A DNA stretch of 64,000 nucleotides from Glaucostegus cemiculus. Taxonomy: Eukaryota. The notes below the pieces were generated by a model. It made no database searches, was not told the origin of the DNA, and worked only from the letters and a program-made list of their open reading frames with translations. This document shows, piece by piece, positions 48,648 to 59,201 of the stretch (the first letter of the stretch is position 1; each line of letters opens with the position of its first letter). A program made the position numbers and the translations under genes. The stretch lies in contig CDPCPM010000054.1 in NCBI GenBank assembly GCA_976551045.1, forward strand, positions 18,290,001-18,354,000, in the 5' to 3' direction.

Positions 48648-51600
48648 TTGTGTATTTGGGGGGAGGGATGTGTGGGAAAGAGGGGGGTAGGCCCTCCCCT
48701 TTCATCAGTGCAGATCATGTCCTGAGCTGTCAATAACTCCAAGCCATGCAAGACGTGCACCCTGTGGAGATCACTGTATGCACCTCTGCTGTGCATTGGT
48801 GCAATAAGTACAGTGAGAAATAGCAATGATGTATGAAGCATGCAGGGCATTGAAAATTATTCCAGGCAGAGGCAGACAGCCACCATCAATGTCCCAGTGG
48901 GGGACTCTTTACTTCACACCTCCTTGGGGTTTGCTGCTTGTTTTACTGGGAGTTATAAACAAAGGTCACAGTTGCATATTACAGCTCCTGTCGCTAAGAC
49001 ACACTGATGTTGTCATTATGTCAGCCTTGCCAAGGCAAATCGTGCCCGGCAGTGTCTGGACCAGCTTCACAACGGGTGGGATTTCAACAGAAAGTGGTTG
49101 CAATTGTGTTGAAAAAACATGGATGAAATGGCATTAATGTGTGATCTGTGCATAATAAACGGTGTAAATGTTTCCACTTTGAGCAATAGAGTTTACCTCT
49201 CACACCCCAGCAAAATGTTTACAGATTTCCACAGGCAACTGATTCCTTCATTGAAGCAGTAGGTTACTAACAGACTAGCCTACATGATCTTTGCCAGAAT
49301 GTAGCACTTGTTTTCTAGGAGTCTAACAGTGAAATTGTGAAAACTCAAATGTGTCATCTGCTGTGCATAAGTTACTGAAGCTTATTTCAATCTGTACTGA
49401 CTTCATGGACTTTTCAAACTACTTCAACATTTAATTGCTAAATCTGTACTGGATACCCAATCAACCCAGATTAAACAATTAGGCTTGTTTCTGAAAACAA
49501 ATTTGCTTGTATTTTTGCTGAATGTTTACTAGCTCAAAAAATGTGAGACATTCCAAACTAACAGTAAAATAATTCCATATCCAACAACAGTTCACCACTG
49601 CATAAAGTATTATAATCCTTCCAGAATAAATTTTCCAGGATTTACTGTGCTTTGCACATTGTGTTTTCATTATGTCATCACAGTAATTTTTTTTGTGACA
49701 TTTACCTTTCGGATTTAGCAGTTGGTATCAAAGTGACAGATCTCACTGCTCACTGCTAAAGGAAGTTCCCGTATGTGCTTAGTGCTTTTGTAGTGTGGAC
49801 TACTCCTCTTACAACATCAGTTTCTGTCTATGCCATTTCAAGGGTTTTCCAGTAAACCCACAGAGTAGTCAAATTTCATGGACATTTGACTGGAGAGAAA
49901 CAAAACTTCTAATTATTTTTAATTGTTTTGCAGAACATTAAATAAAAATTAGAACATACACCTATGATTAAGGTAGAAGCTGAATGAAGATAAATAACAG
50001 TTTAAAAATTATTTTAAACATTATGGCCAAGAAATACAATCATAAAACCCAATAATATTATGCAGTAGAGTTTTTGTCCAAAAACTGATTGTTGGCCAGG
50101 TAGTTTCTGTATCATTTGCAAAGTCCACAAAGAGATACCCAGACAAATGCAATGGCTTCCAAAATGTGGACCACAGTGTTAGATACTAGCTCTGGGATAT
50201 TCAACTGACTCATGCAGTGAAAGTCACTCATTGAGAAGCTGGGCATCATCGCGAAGGTAAAGCCAGCTTCCATGATACCTTAAGTAGTTCTGTTTGATTT
50301 GTTGTAAGCTCATTGATTCACCCTTTAAATACTAAATCCCTGCTGGGGTCTCCCCCAGAGGTACCAATTCACCCCCCCACCCAACCTGATCCCGACCCCA
50401 GTGCATACCCCACCATTACATATTACCAAAGATCTTTTCCCAATTGCTTGCAGTTTTCACCCTGATTCCCACATGCTTCAACGTGACCCTTGTAATAAAA
50501 AGCCATAATTTAAATAATATACATCTTCCCAATGCATGCTTGAAAATAGATTTTATGAAAAAATATACCTGTAACAGCTTTCTTCTTTGAGGTTCTGATC
50601 AAGAGAGCATTAAAACCCTATGATTATAGAATAGCGCTGAGGACTGTATTTTACTAATTCAGAACATACAAATTCTATATGAACCTTGTTTAGTTAGAAA
50701 TGGCAGCAATTTTTGAATCTTGGGCAATCGTGGTATGAATGTTAATGGAATTGACTAAAAGTCTTTGGCAAAATCCATCCTCCTTAAGCATAAGTATTAG
50801 AATGAGTAATGTAGATCTGGTTGAGTTTAAATTTTCTTATTTTAGTAAGGTATAAAATCAACATATTTTTGTTCTTTGAAAATGCAAGGATTTATTTATG
50901 AAGAATAGCAAAGCAGTTAATGTCCAGCCACAGCCTAATTTCCCCCATATGGAGGTGAGAACTGCCAGGGTATAGTCAAGGATTCCCAGTAGGTTAAATC
51001 CTCAGTTATTCAAACCAGATTTACAGTAATTCTGCTTCAGAAAGGACATTTTATTGTTCATCTGTGGAGATCATGCAGTATAGACCTGTGGATAACATGC
51101 TCTTGGTTCTTAAGTTTAGAATGGCAACCCCAAAACTTCACGTTATTTTATTTCAAGCTTACATTTTATCCTTGTAGATTGTCAGTTTTCTGTGATTTGA
51201 TTCATAGGGCAATTATAAAATTTCTTTGTTTTTTTACTTTATTAAACTACCAGCAGGAACCTCATATTTTGTATATAAAATGATAAATGAATATGAAGAG
51301 GAAAGAATGCAGTGTTCTATCTATTTCTAGTAATCTGTGAATAAGTCAGAATTGACTTTCAGACAGAACAACATGGGGAAATTGACATGACTCTAACAAA
51401 ACTGTTAGGGTCCTTTAAATGCCAAATAGGTCAATGTAGCCAATTCATTTTGACCTTTGGATCTAAATAATGCATGTATTTTTCATGGCAGTTCAACCAA
51501 AGGAAAAAAAGTAGTTTTAAAGAGTTTAGTTTCTTCTGAAGTGACACTAATATAATATTGCCCATTCTAGTCCTGTTAGACTTGCCACAGATAAAGGTTC

Positions 51601-52069
51601 TTCAGTGTCTGTTTTCCTTATATTGTTATAGGATTAGAGAATTGTAACCTCAATAGAATTTCTTATCACTTTATAGTCAGTTTTCAGTCTGGTTGCTAAA
51701 TTTAAGTTTGCTGAGTAACATTTAATAATTTATAAAAGCACTACTTACAGAAGATTATCAAATATCTTGTAAAAGCACAAGTAAATATAACACTTAATTT
51801 TATGCCTCCTTAAAGAATGCCACTGCATTGAAGAATACCTGTTGCATTTAAATCAATATTGACTATTCATCCTGGGCTCAGCTTTGTTAAAGTAACATTT
51901 CTGACATTCTATAAATGACTTTTGTATACATTCCTCACAATGGATGTTAAGGTAATCCTGCCGTTGGATTCTATTATTTTCAATGTTGGAGTAAGAGTTA
52001 CTTTTGTTCTTGTATAACTGCCCTCCTAGTGAGTTATTATCCAGTTTATCACTACCGTGGTGCTCTAAG

Positions 52070-52990
52070 GATCAGTAAGCTAACTAGCGGAGTGCTCCAA
52101 AGATCATTACTTGACCCTTGATTATTTACTGTCAGTGACTTGGAGGAGGAAGAGGCAGAGTGTAATATGCTGATGACACAAAAACAAGGAATGTAGCAAT
52201 GAAGATATTTGGCAACTGGATATAGGTAGGTTGAACGAATGGGCAAAAGCTTAGCAAATGAAGTTTAATGTGAGGAAATGTGAGGTCATGCACTTTGGTA
52301 GGAGGAATCTAAAGGCACTTATCTGGGACTGCAAATGAGCAATCTAGGTGTTCTTGCACAAGAAACATAAAGCTCTAGGATGCAGGTGAAGCAATTAATT
52401 AAGAAGGCAAATGGCATATTGGTCTCTATTGCTAGGGAGTTGGAGTTTAAAAAGGAGAAGTATTATTAAAATCTAAATGGTTTTGGTGGGTACTGTGTAC
52501 ATTTCAGTTCACTTATTTAAAATGGATATTCTAGCACTGAAGGTAATCCAGAAAGGATTCAGTGGGCTAATTCCTGGGACGAGAGGTTCATCATATCCAT
52601 TGGTGCTTGGAAGGAAAAGAGGTGATCTTATTGAAGTAGGTAAGATCTAGCAAGGTAGCTGTTGAGATGTTTGCACTCATGGGAAGCTTTTGAATGAGGG
52701 AACATAGGGAGCAATGATTTAAAAGTGAGGTGCGTAGAAATTTCTTCTCAGAGGGGGTGGTGGTGAATTTTGAGAATTCTGTACTCAGAGAGTTGTGGAG
52801 GCAAAATCACTGGAGGTATTTGAAGAAGAGGTAGATAAATGTTTGAAAGATTAGGGAATTGGGGGTTATGTGGAAATGGATCAGAAGACGGTTGAGGCCT
52901 GGGACAGATCAGCCATGACCACAGAGAATGACAGGGCAGGCTTGATGGCTGAGTGGCCTATTTCTGCTCCATTTTTATTGTGTATTTATT
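52070..52990 (+). mobile_element. Decayed CR1-type LINE, RT C-terminal half and 3' tail
   Basis: Remnants 'tagcggagtgctccaaagatc' (SGVPQGS), 'gctgatgacacaaaa' (ADDTK), 'caaatgaagtttaatgtgaggaaatgtgaggtcatgcactttgg' (QMKFNVRKCEVMHFG), and tail gagtggcctatttctgctcc. Confidence 0.85.
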
Positions 52991-53899
52991 TTCTTGAGAA
53001 TACCAAAGATTATCCTGTCTAATTCATGTGTCCAGAAGACACTTTTCCTTCAATTTTTCCCCAACATATGTTTTATGCCCTCAGTGTATTTTGTGGATTC
53101 TGAGCCAAACTGATTAGATCTGGTATTTGTCCACAGTTTCATTTAATGAAGGCCAATATGAATAATTGTCTCCAAAATCATTATCTGTTAATGATCTTCT
53201 ATAATATTTATGGCCCACTTATCCTTCAAAGCAGCAGTCTGGTGTTTAACACTGTCAATTTTTAATGTAGCTAAAATGTGCTTGGATTTTTAGTATTGTG
53301 CTTCATCAATTTTAATCATTCTAATTGCTCCGCAATACAAAATTTCCACTTTTGACTTTGGTTGCTTTTTTTTTGAGAAAGTCTATGCTGCAGCAAAATC
53401 CAATACAAGCCTCATAAAGGGTTTGAAATAGTTTTGTACCATAGTAGTAAACAATGCCTTGGTGCATTACTCTAACATTCCAGCACCTGTTGCTTTTAAC
53501 TAAAGTTATTACTAGGTAGTTAAAGCTGTTTTTAAAATAATAGTCTTTCCTGAAAGCCTGAGTTCATTACAAAGATTTCATAACATTGTTTGAAATACTG
53601 AAGGATCCACAGAATCCTATTTTGATGAATATATGCCTTTATATATCCCAAAATAAAAGAGTGAAACATTATCTTTTATTTTGTAATTATGATGCTAATT
53701 TCATTTGTATTTAATCCATCTCATTACAATCAATATTTTGTGCTGGAGTTATACCCTTGCACACTTTTGCCTTAACCATTCTTAAAAAAATTAAGTAATC
53801 TCTGTACAGTAAATATCAGAATCTCATTATCCACACATCTTATGCTTATTATTGTGAAGTGAACTTTGCTGTCAAGGTTAGCTTTTTTTAGGCTACCAC

Positions 53900-54170
53900 A
53901 ATTTTTCCTCGAGAAGGTGTTTTTTTTCCCCTGACCTCTTGCAATTCATATGGTAAAGATGTTACCACACTGATATTGGGTAGAGACTTCCAGAATTTTA
54001 ATTCTGTGTCAGTGAAGGAAGATTGACTTATGCCCAAGTCAGGATGGTGTGTGACTGGGAGGTAATGATGTTCCCAAGTACCTTATCTAAGTGGTGGAGC
54101 TCAGGATTATGACAGTGCATCTTGTAGGTGGTACAGATTGCAAATATGATGTGCCAATGGATGTTTTAAG
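53900..54170 (-). mobile_element. Decayed LINE 3' fragment, same family as 41440-41952
   Basis: 'ccaagtcaggatggtgtgtgactggga' resembles 42355-42380. Confidence 0.55.
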
Positions 54171-54384
54171 GTTATTCAGTATTCATTGACTGAATATCAG
54201 ACGTAGCACATACTTTGGTAATCTGTTTCGCATTAAGAACATAGCTGGTAACAGGCACATCAACTTATCTGAACCTCTTCGCTTAGGATAGTGTCCTAAT
54301 CACATTTCCCTATAAAGTTGACCTTAGGCCATTGCCCTAATTACATAAACTCAATCTGTTCATTATCATAGAATGTCTTAGTCT

Positions 54385-54636
54385 CTGAGACACACAGCAG
54401 AGAAACAGGCCCTTTGGCCCACCATCAACCACTCGCTTACACACTCAGGGGATTTTACAGTGGCTAATTAACCTGCCACCCCACATATCTTTGGGATGTG
54501 AGTACCCAGAGGAAACCCATGCAGTCACAGGAAGAACATGCAAACTCTGCTCAAACAGCACCCATGATCAGGATTGAACCCAGGTATTTGGGGCTATGAG
54601 GTAGCACCTCCACTAGATACTCCACTATGTCAGCCA
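54385..54636 (-). mobile_element. tRNA-derived V-SINE
   Basis: Reverse complement of the 44200 element: tttacagtggctaattaacc...tctttgggatgtg...gaggaaacccatgcagtcacaggaagaacatgcaaactc...ggattgaacccagg (B-box-like). Confidence 0.78.
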
Positions 54637-55329
54637 TTTAGCAGTTGCTCATCTATTATTAATTATTATTACTTAAATCCTTACCCTTAATAATTTCTAT
54701 CCAATTACTTCCATTATCTAATACTTCACTGTTAAGGAGGCTCTCTCAAATACTTTGAGAACAATCTAGTCATCCAATTCAACTTTGTATGTATGAAATC
54801 TTCTGTGCCTCGTTAGCTCTACCTCGGCTAATCCTCGACTCTGCAATACATCTGCGAAGCCGGGTTCCCCAAATACCTCCAAATATCCTTTGCAAAAGTG
54901 AGCATGGTATCTGTCTGAATAAACATATCCCAAGAGCACTCTGCCAATATTCAGAAATTTAACTGTCTCAGGAGTTACTCGCTAAACATTTAAGCTAAGG
55001 TTGGGTAAGTTTAAAAACTAGCCAGGTGCTTAGCAGAGTTAATCACTTTGTAAACTACTTTTGGCATTTTTCCAGGGAGCTTCAATCTGCTTTAGGCCAG
55101 ATTTAGGTCTTTGTGTAGATTTACATTGCTATCTGTCTTTAGAAATAATTTCATGATAGCATTAAATTCACCCTCAATTTTTCCTTTAGTACCTTATTAT
55201 TCCATCTGTTTCTTATCTTGTTAGTTATTAACCAAAAACTATTTACCATTTTGCACCTCTATATTTGTTTGAAGAATTCCCCACAGCTTATTTCCCATCT
55301 GGTTCTATATTTATTTATTCCTTAGTAGG

Positions 55330-55706
55330 AATGCTGATGTTCCTGGCAAAGCCAGCATTTATTGCTTGTCCTTAATTGTCCTTGAACCGAGTGGCTTACT
55401 GGGCCATTTCAGAGGGCAGTTAAAAGTCAACCACTTTGGTATTGTTCTGGCTGTAGCCCAGATCAGATAAGTTTAGCAGAGCTTCTTCCCTAAGGGACAT
55501 TAATGAACCAGATGGGTTTTAACCACAATCCAGTAGGTTTGATGTTGCCATGACAGTCAGTAGATATTTATTCTATCTATTCCACATTAAATAAGTTTTA
55601 AGTTTCCCCTTTGCTGAGGTTTGATGGGAACTCATTCCTCCACGTTATTAGCTGAGAATTCTGGTTACCGGTCCAGTATCCTGATCACAATGCCATTGTA
55701 TCCCAT
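55330..55706 (-). mobile_element. SINE sharing its 3' tail with the 41440 LINE family
   Basis: gccagcatttattgc...gtggcttactgggccatttcagagggcagttaaaagtcaaccac...taagggacattaatgaaccagatgggtttt. Confidence 0.7.
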
Positions 55707-55969
55707 CTGGAACATATTTTTCCTGATATTCCCTTCAATTTAGAAAGCTTCCCAATGGATAGAACATTGGATGCTTTGATCCTGGTAAAAAAAAAGTTGC
55801 ATTCATTAAAAAAACAAAAATCCTAATTTTGAATCTCCTTTCTCTGCAACCACTTTGATTTCCTCACTGACCTCTGCTATATCTAAAACATATACTACTT
55901 GAATGAACACTGCTGTAATTAGAGTTCAAAAAGCCCTTGAATCAAAAACAACTGTTGGTGGGTGAAAGG

Positions 55970-56137
55970 CAAACAGAGATAGCCAGAAATAATCAGCAGG
56001 TTGGATAGTGTCTGTGGAGAGAGAAACAGAACCAATGTTTCAGGAGAAAGACCCTTCATCAGGACTGAAATGTGGGTTCTGTTTCTTTCTTTACAGATGC
56101 TGCCTGACCTGCTGAGTATCTCTGGTACTTTCTGTTC
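55970..56137. mobile_element. Foldback Penelope-terminal repeat with a central hammerhead motif
   Basis: Imperfect inverted arms (cagcaggttggatagtgtctgtggagagagaaacagaacc / ggttctgtttctttctttacagatgctgcctgacctgctg) flank the motif at 56030-56067. Confidence 0.7.
56030..56067 (-). ncRNA. Degenerate minimal (Penelope-type, type I) hammerhead ribozyme motif
   Basis: Minus strand: cagtc CTGATGA agggtctttctcct GAAA cat t ggtt. Both core boxes are intact and stem II is aggg/tcct. The palindromic ACGU has decayed to ACAU, and stem I is only 4 bp with two wobbles. Confidence 0.5.
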
Positions 56138-57779
56138 AAAAATCACTCCATTGATTTAAAAGATTCTGAAGTATTTGGAGGCTGTCACAGATGCTGTAAA
56201 TTTCCTTCCACTTGTTCTGTTTGTGCTGTTGAGGATATCTTCCACAATAAGTTTGTGAATTAAGAGTCAGTTTGAAATCTACAAATCATATTTAATTGAT
56301 CAAAAAATAAATTGCTCATCTTGCATGTTTTACAGTATAAAGAACTTGCTACAGATGAAACCGAGATGCAGCAAAAATGTTGTCAATTAAATATGCTGAA
56401 AAGGAAGCAATATAATGAAGTCCGAGTTAATAAAGTTAATAATAATTGTGAGGGTTATTGAAATTGGACTGGAGAGTTGAAAAAGCTAATTAGAAGGAAT
56501 AAAAGGCAATTTCAAAAATGCCAAGCAGACAATATTAAAAGATAGAGTAAGAACTCTTAGAGTATATAAAATATTAGACAATAATAAATAACTTTGACAG
56601 TTAAGCTAGGTTTCTACCCTGATCCAGCTGTCATGTTGGTCAAACAGCATTAAAAAACATTCAAAAGCTACTCAGAATACTATTAAAATGCATAATTCAA
56701 GAAGTAAAATTAAAACAATTAAATGCATTTTAATTCAGTGAATTTAAAAGAAACTGTTATGTGAAACATGCTTCTCTCTGTCACAACCATTCCTTGCTGT
56801 TAAAATAACTGGAGTTGTTGAACGTCTGCAGATATAACCTGATATAGTGAGTAGGCATATTTCTTGTTATAACTGTTGGGAAGTAACAAAAGGTGGGCAC
56901 TCCCTGGGGTATCCAACAGTGGAGTGCAGTCAGAATGATAACAGTGAGCAGCCCTGAGGTCCTCTGCTTGGCAGACACTTCCATCAGAATCCTGATAAGA
57001 GGAGTTAAATGTCGGAAATTGCACAAGGAACAGCAAGATTTTTTCATGGAAATTTTGGATCAATTTTAAACTGGACAGGAATAAAGAACACTTCCTCAAA
57101 ATATATTTATTGCACATAACAGGAGTTTTGACAAACATTAAGGAGAACATAAAGAAGAATGTAAAAAAGACATGAGTTAGCTGAATTTGCAGGCCCATGC
57201 AATACCATGTAGGAGGGTATGTGATTAAGTGGGTGGGGTATAAAAAAACGGGAGTATACATACAGTAGAATGATATTGAAGGAAATGCCTGAGCAAGGAG
57301 TCATTAGGTTCAAATGAATAATTCACAGAAAATATGATTGCAGGTGACTTAAATCACATCAAAGGCTAATGGTATTTAAGCTTACATAGTAAGAGCATAT
57401 AAAAAAATGGAAACTTGATACAGATGGGAGAAAAGTTATACAGATGGGAATGTGTAAAAAATACTTAAGTTATGGTGGGGCAGTGGGAGGAATTGTCATT
57501 GCCAGCAACCCCTTTCTCCCATAATCATTAAGCATAATCTGAGTGATTATACACATACAAGCACAATATCTGCAGTTAACAGCAATCCCTCTCTAAAAGC
57601 AGTAAAATTTAAATTCCTCTGTATGTTCCTGTAAGATTGCTGCTTATAGTTTTGTATGTTCTATTACTAGACGTGAATTGAGATGACAAAATATGCCAGA
57701 GAAGAAATTGACATGCAGAAGGACTTAAAGTAATAAGTAAATTTCCATTGGAACAAAGAAAGATAAAAAATACAGATGT

Positions 57780-58115
57780 TTTAAATTATAAAGGATTTAG
57801 GTAGAGACAATAGAAGAAGATTATTGCCTCTGGTGAGAATCACTGACAAGAGGTCATTCATTTCAAATCATCGCTAGAGGATGTGAAGAGAGACGGGAGA
57901 AGTTTATGTAAAGAGAATGCTTTGCTGCAGGGAACTGAGTTATACTACTATACCACACTACTTAAGGAGGAATTGGAAAAATACTTAAGTAACAGATGAT
58001 GCATCACTATGGGAAGAGAGCAAGACAGCGGGTTCAGTGCTAAATTTAGTGGTCTAGCAAAGGACTGACAGAGGCATAATGGACTAATTATACTTTGTCG
58101 CAAACCTCTTATGAT
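57780..58115 (+). mobile_element. Decayed CR1-type LINE 3' end
   Basis: aaattataaaaggattt...gacaagaggtcatt...cttaaggaggaattggaaaaatactt...aatggactaatt...tatgattcc. Confidence 0.55.
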
Positions 58116-58332
58116 TCCAGAATATAAGGTTTTCAAAATTGCTACCAGTAATTTATTTTTATAAACCCTGCAAAATGGATGCCACGCAATTTTAGTTATT
58201 TATTATGTCTCATTATGGTAGTTTGCAGAGAGTGATCACTTCCTTTGGAAGCCAGCTGTCCCAAGTGTTTAAAGTAATTTTTTATAAAGTTGGTTGAAAC
58301 AGTTTGTAGCCTAGTTCTTGCTTATTGAATTG

Positions 58333-58432
58333 AAGACAGAAAATGCTGAGAATGCTCCATAGTCAGGCAGCATCTGTGGAGAGAGAATTAAAGTTAATGT
58401 TTCACATCTACAGCCTTTCATCAGAACTGGGG
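58333..58432 (-). mobile_element. Penelope-terminal repeat with a degenerate hammerhead motif
   Basis: Minus strand: cagtt CTGATGA aaggctgtagatgt GAAA cat t aact...tccacagatgctgcctgac. Stem I is agtt/aact; stem II is disrupted. Confidence 0.55.
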
Positions 58433-59071
58433 TCTGTTGAATTGTTTGAGTGCAAGGGCAAACTAGAGTAAAACATTGAGAATCTGATACTCTCAGGATT
58501 TTGGTGCTGCCAGGCTAACAGATTTTCTGGACTATTGGACTTAATTCCCACTGATACCCAAACACACCTTAATTTCACTCTTGTTTTACATGTTAACATT
58601 AGTAGAATTAATTTTCCAGTGAACCCCATGAGTTTAAAGGGAGCAGAAAATATACAAGCACTATGGACCTCAGCTCTGGTTCCAAAACCACCTACGTTGC
58701 CGCCCCCTGATGTTTTGGACCCCCAACTCCTCCTCTGGCTGCTCATCTGTCCACAGTCCAGACCCTCCAGACATCCAGCTCTGACTGCCCTTTGCCCTGG
58801 CACACTGGACCTCATGCACACATTCCAGACACACCAAACCATCAGAATTTTCAAACACCTGGATGCCAGCTTATCAGAATTTTGCATAGCATAGAACTGG
58901 TTATTGCTGAGATTAGGAATTCTTTTCTCATTGGGCATTAAATTTTGGTTTATTAATTGAGTTTTTAATATGTCTTCGTAGACATCAATTGTATCAATTG
59001 ATAATTCTTAGATCTACAGTCCTGAATTAAAGTAAATTAATTGATTTCTGTGTTTTTTTTTCTCTCTATAG

Positions 59072-59089
59072 TCCTGGTACTTGGGCTAG
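59072..59089 (+). CDS. NFIB: NFIB terminal exon, short-frame reading SWYLG*
   Basis: Acceptor ttttttttttctctctatag| then tcc tgg tac ttg ggc tag. SWYLG is the canonical NFI-family C-terminus and is in phase with the donor at 7573. Confidence 0.95.
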   Translation, partial: SWYLG

Positions 59090-59201
59090 TTTAGTCCCAT
59101 TCCAAGTGTCAAATGGGGCTACCATCCTGCCAACCAATGTACAGAATTACAGTTTAAACTTCATCAGTGAACCCTTCCTCCAAGCAGAAACGACAAACTG
59201 A
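59072..59201 (+). CDS. NFIB: NFIB terminal exon, alternative frame used with the cassette exon: SPGTWASLVPFQVSNGATILPTNVQNYSLNFISEPFLQAETTN*
   Basis: Open from the ag|t junction to TGA at 59199-59201. Matches the recalled human long-isoform tail 'SPGTWASLVPFQVSNRTPILPANVQNYGLNIIGEPFLQAETSN'. Confidence 0.92.

Noticed and set aside
16865-52990. Oppositely oriented CR1 or V-SINE copies driving circularisation or long-range pairing
   Set aside because: The copies are too diverged from each other to predict stable duplexes by eye.
56781-57313. Overlapping minus-strand ORFs (153, 88 and 68 aa)
   Set aside because: Low-complexity composition and no recognisable motifs; not supportable as coding.
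58408-58938. 176-aa minus-strand ORF and the overlapping 119-aa plus-strand ORF as genes
   Set aside because: No recognisable domain or splice structure, and the ORF ends in a repeat. Probably chance ORFs in an old GC-richer repeat.
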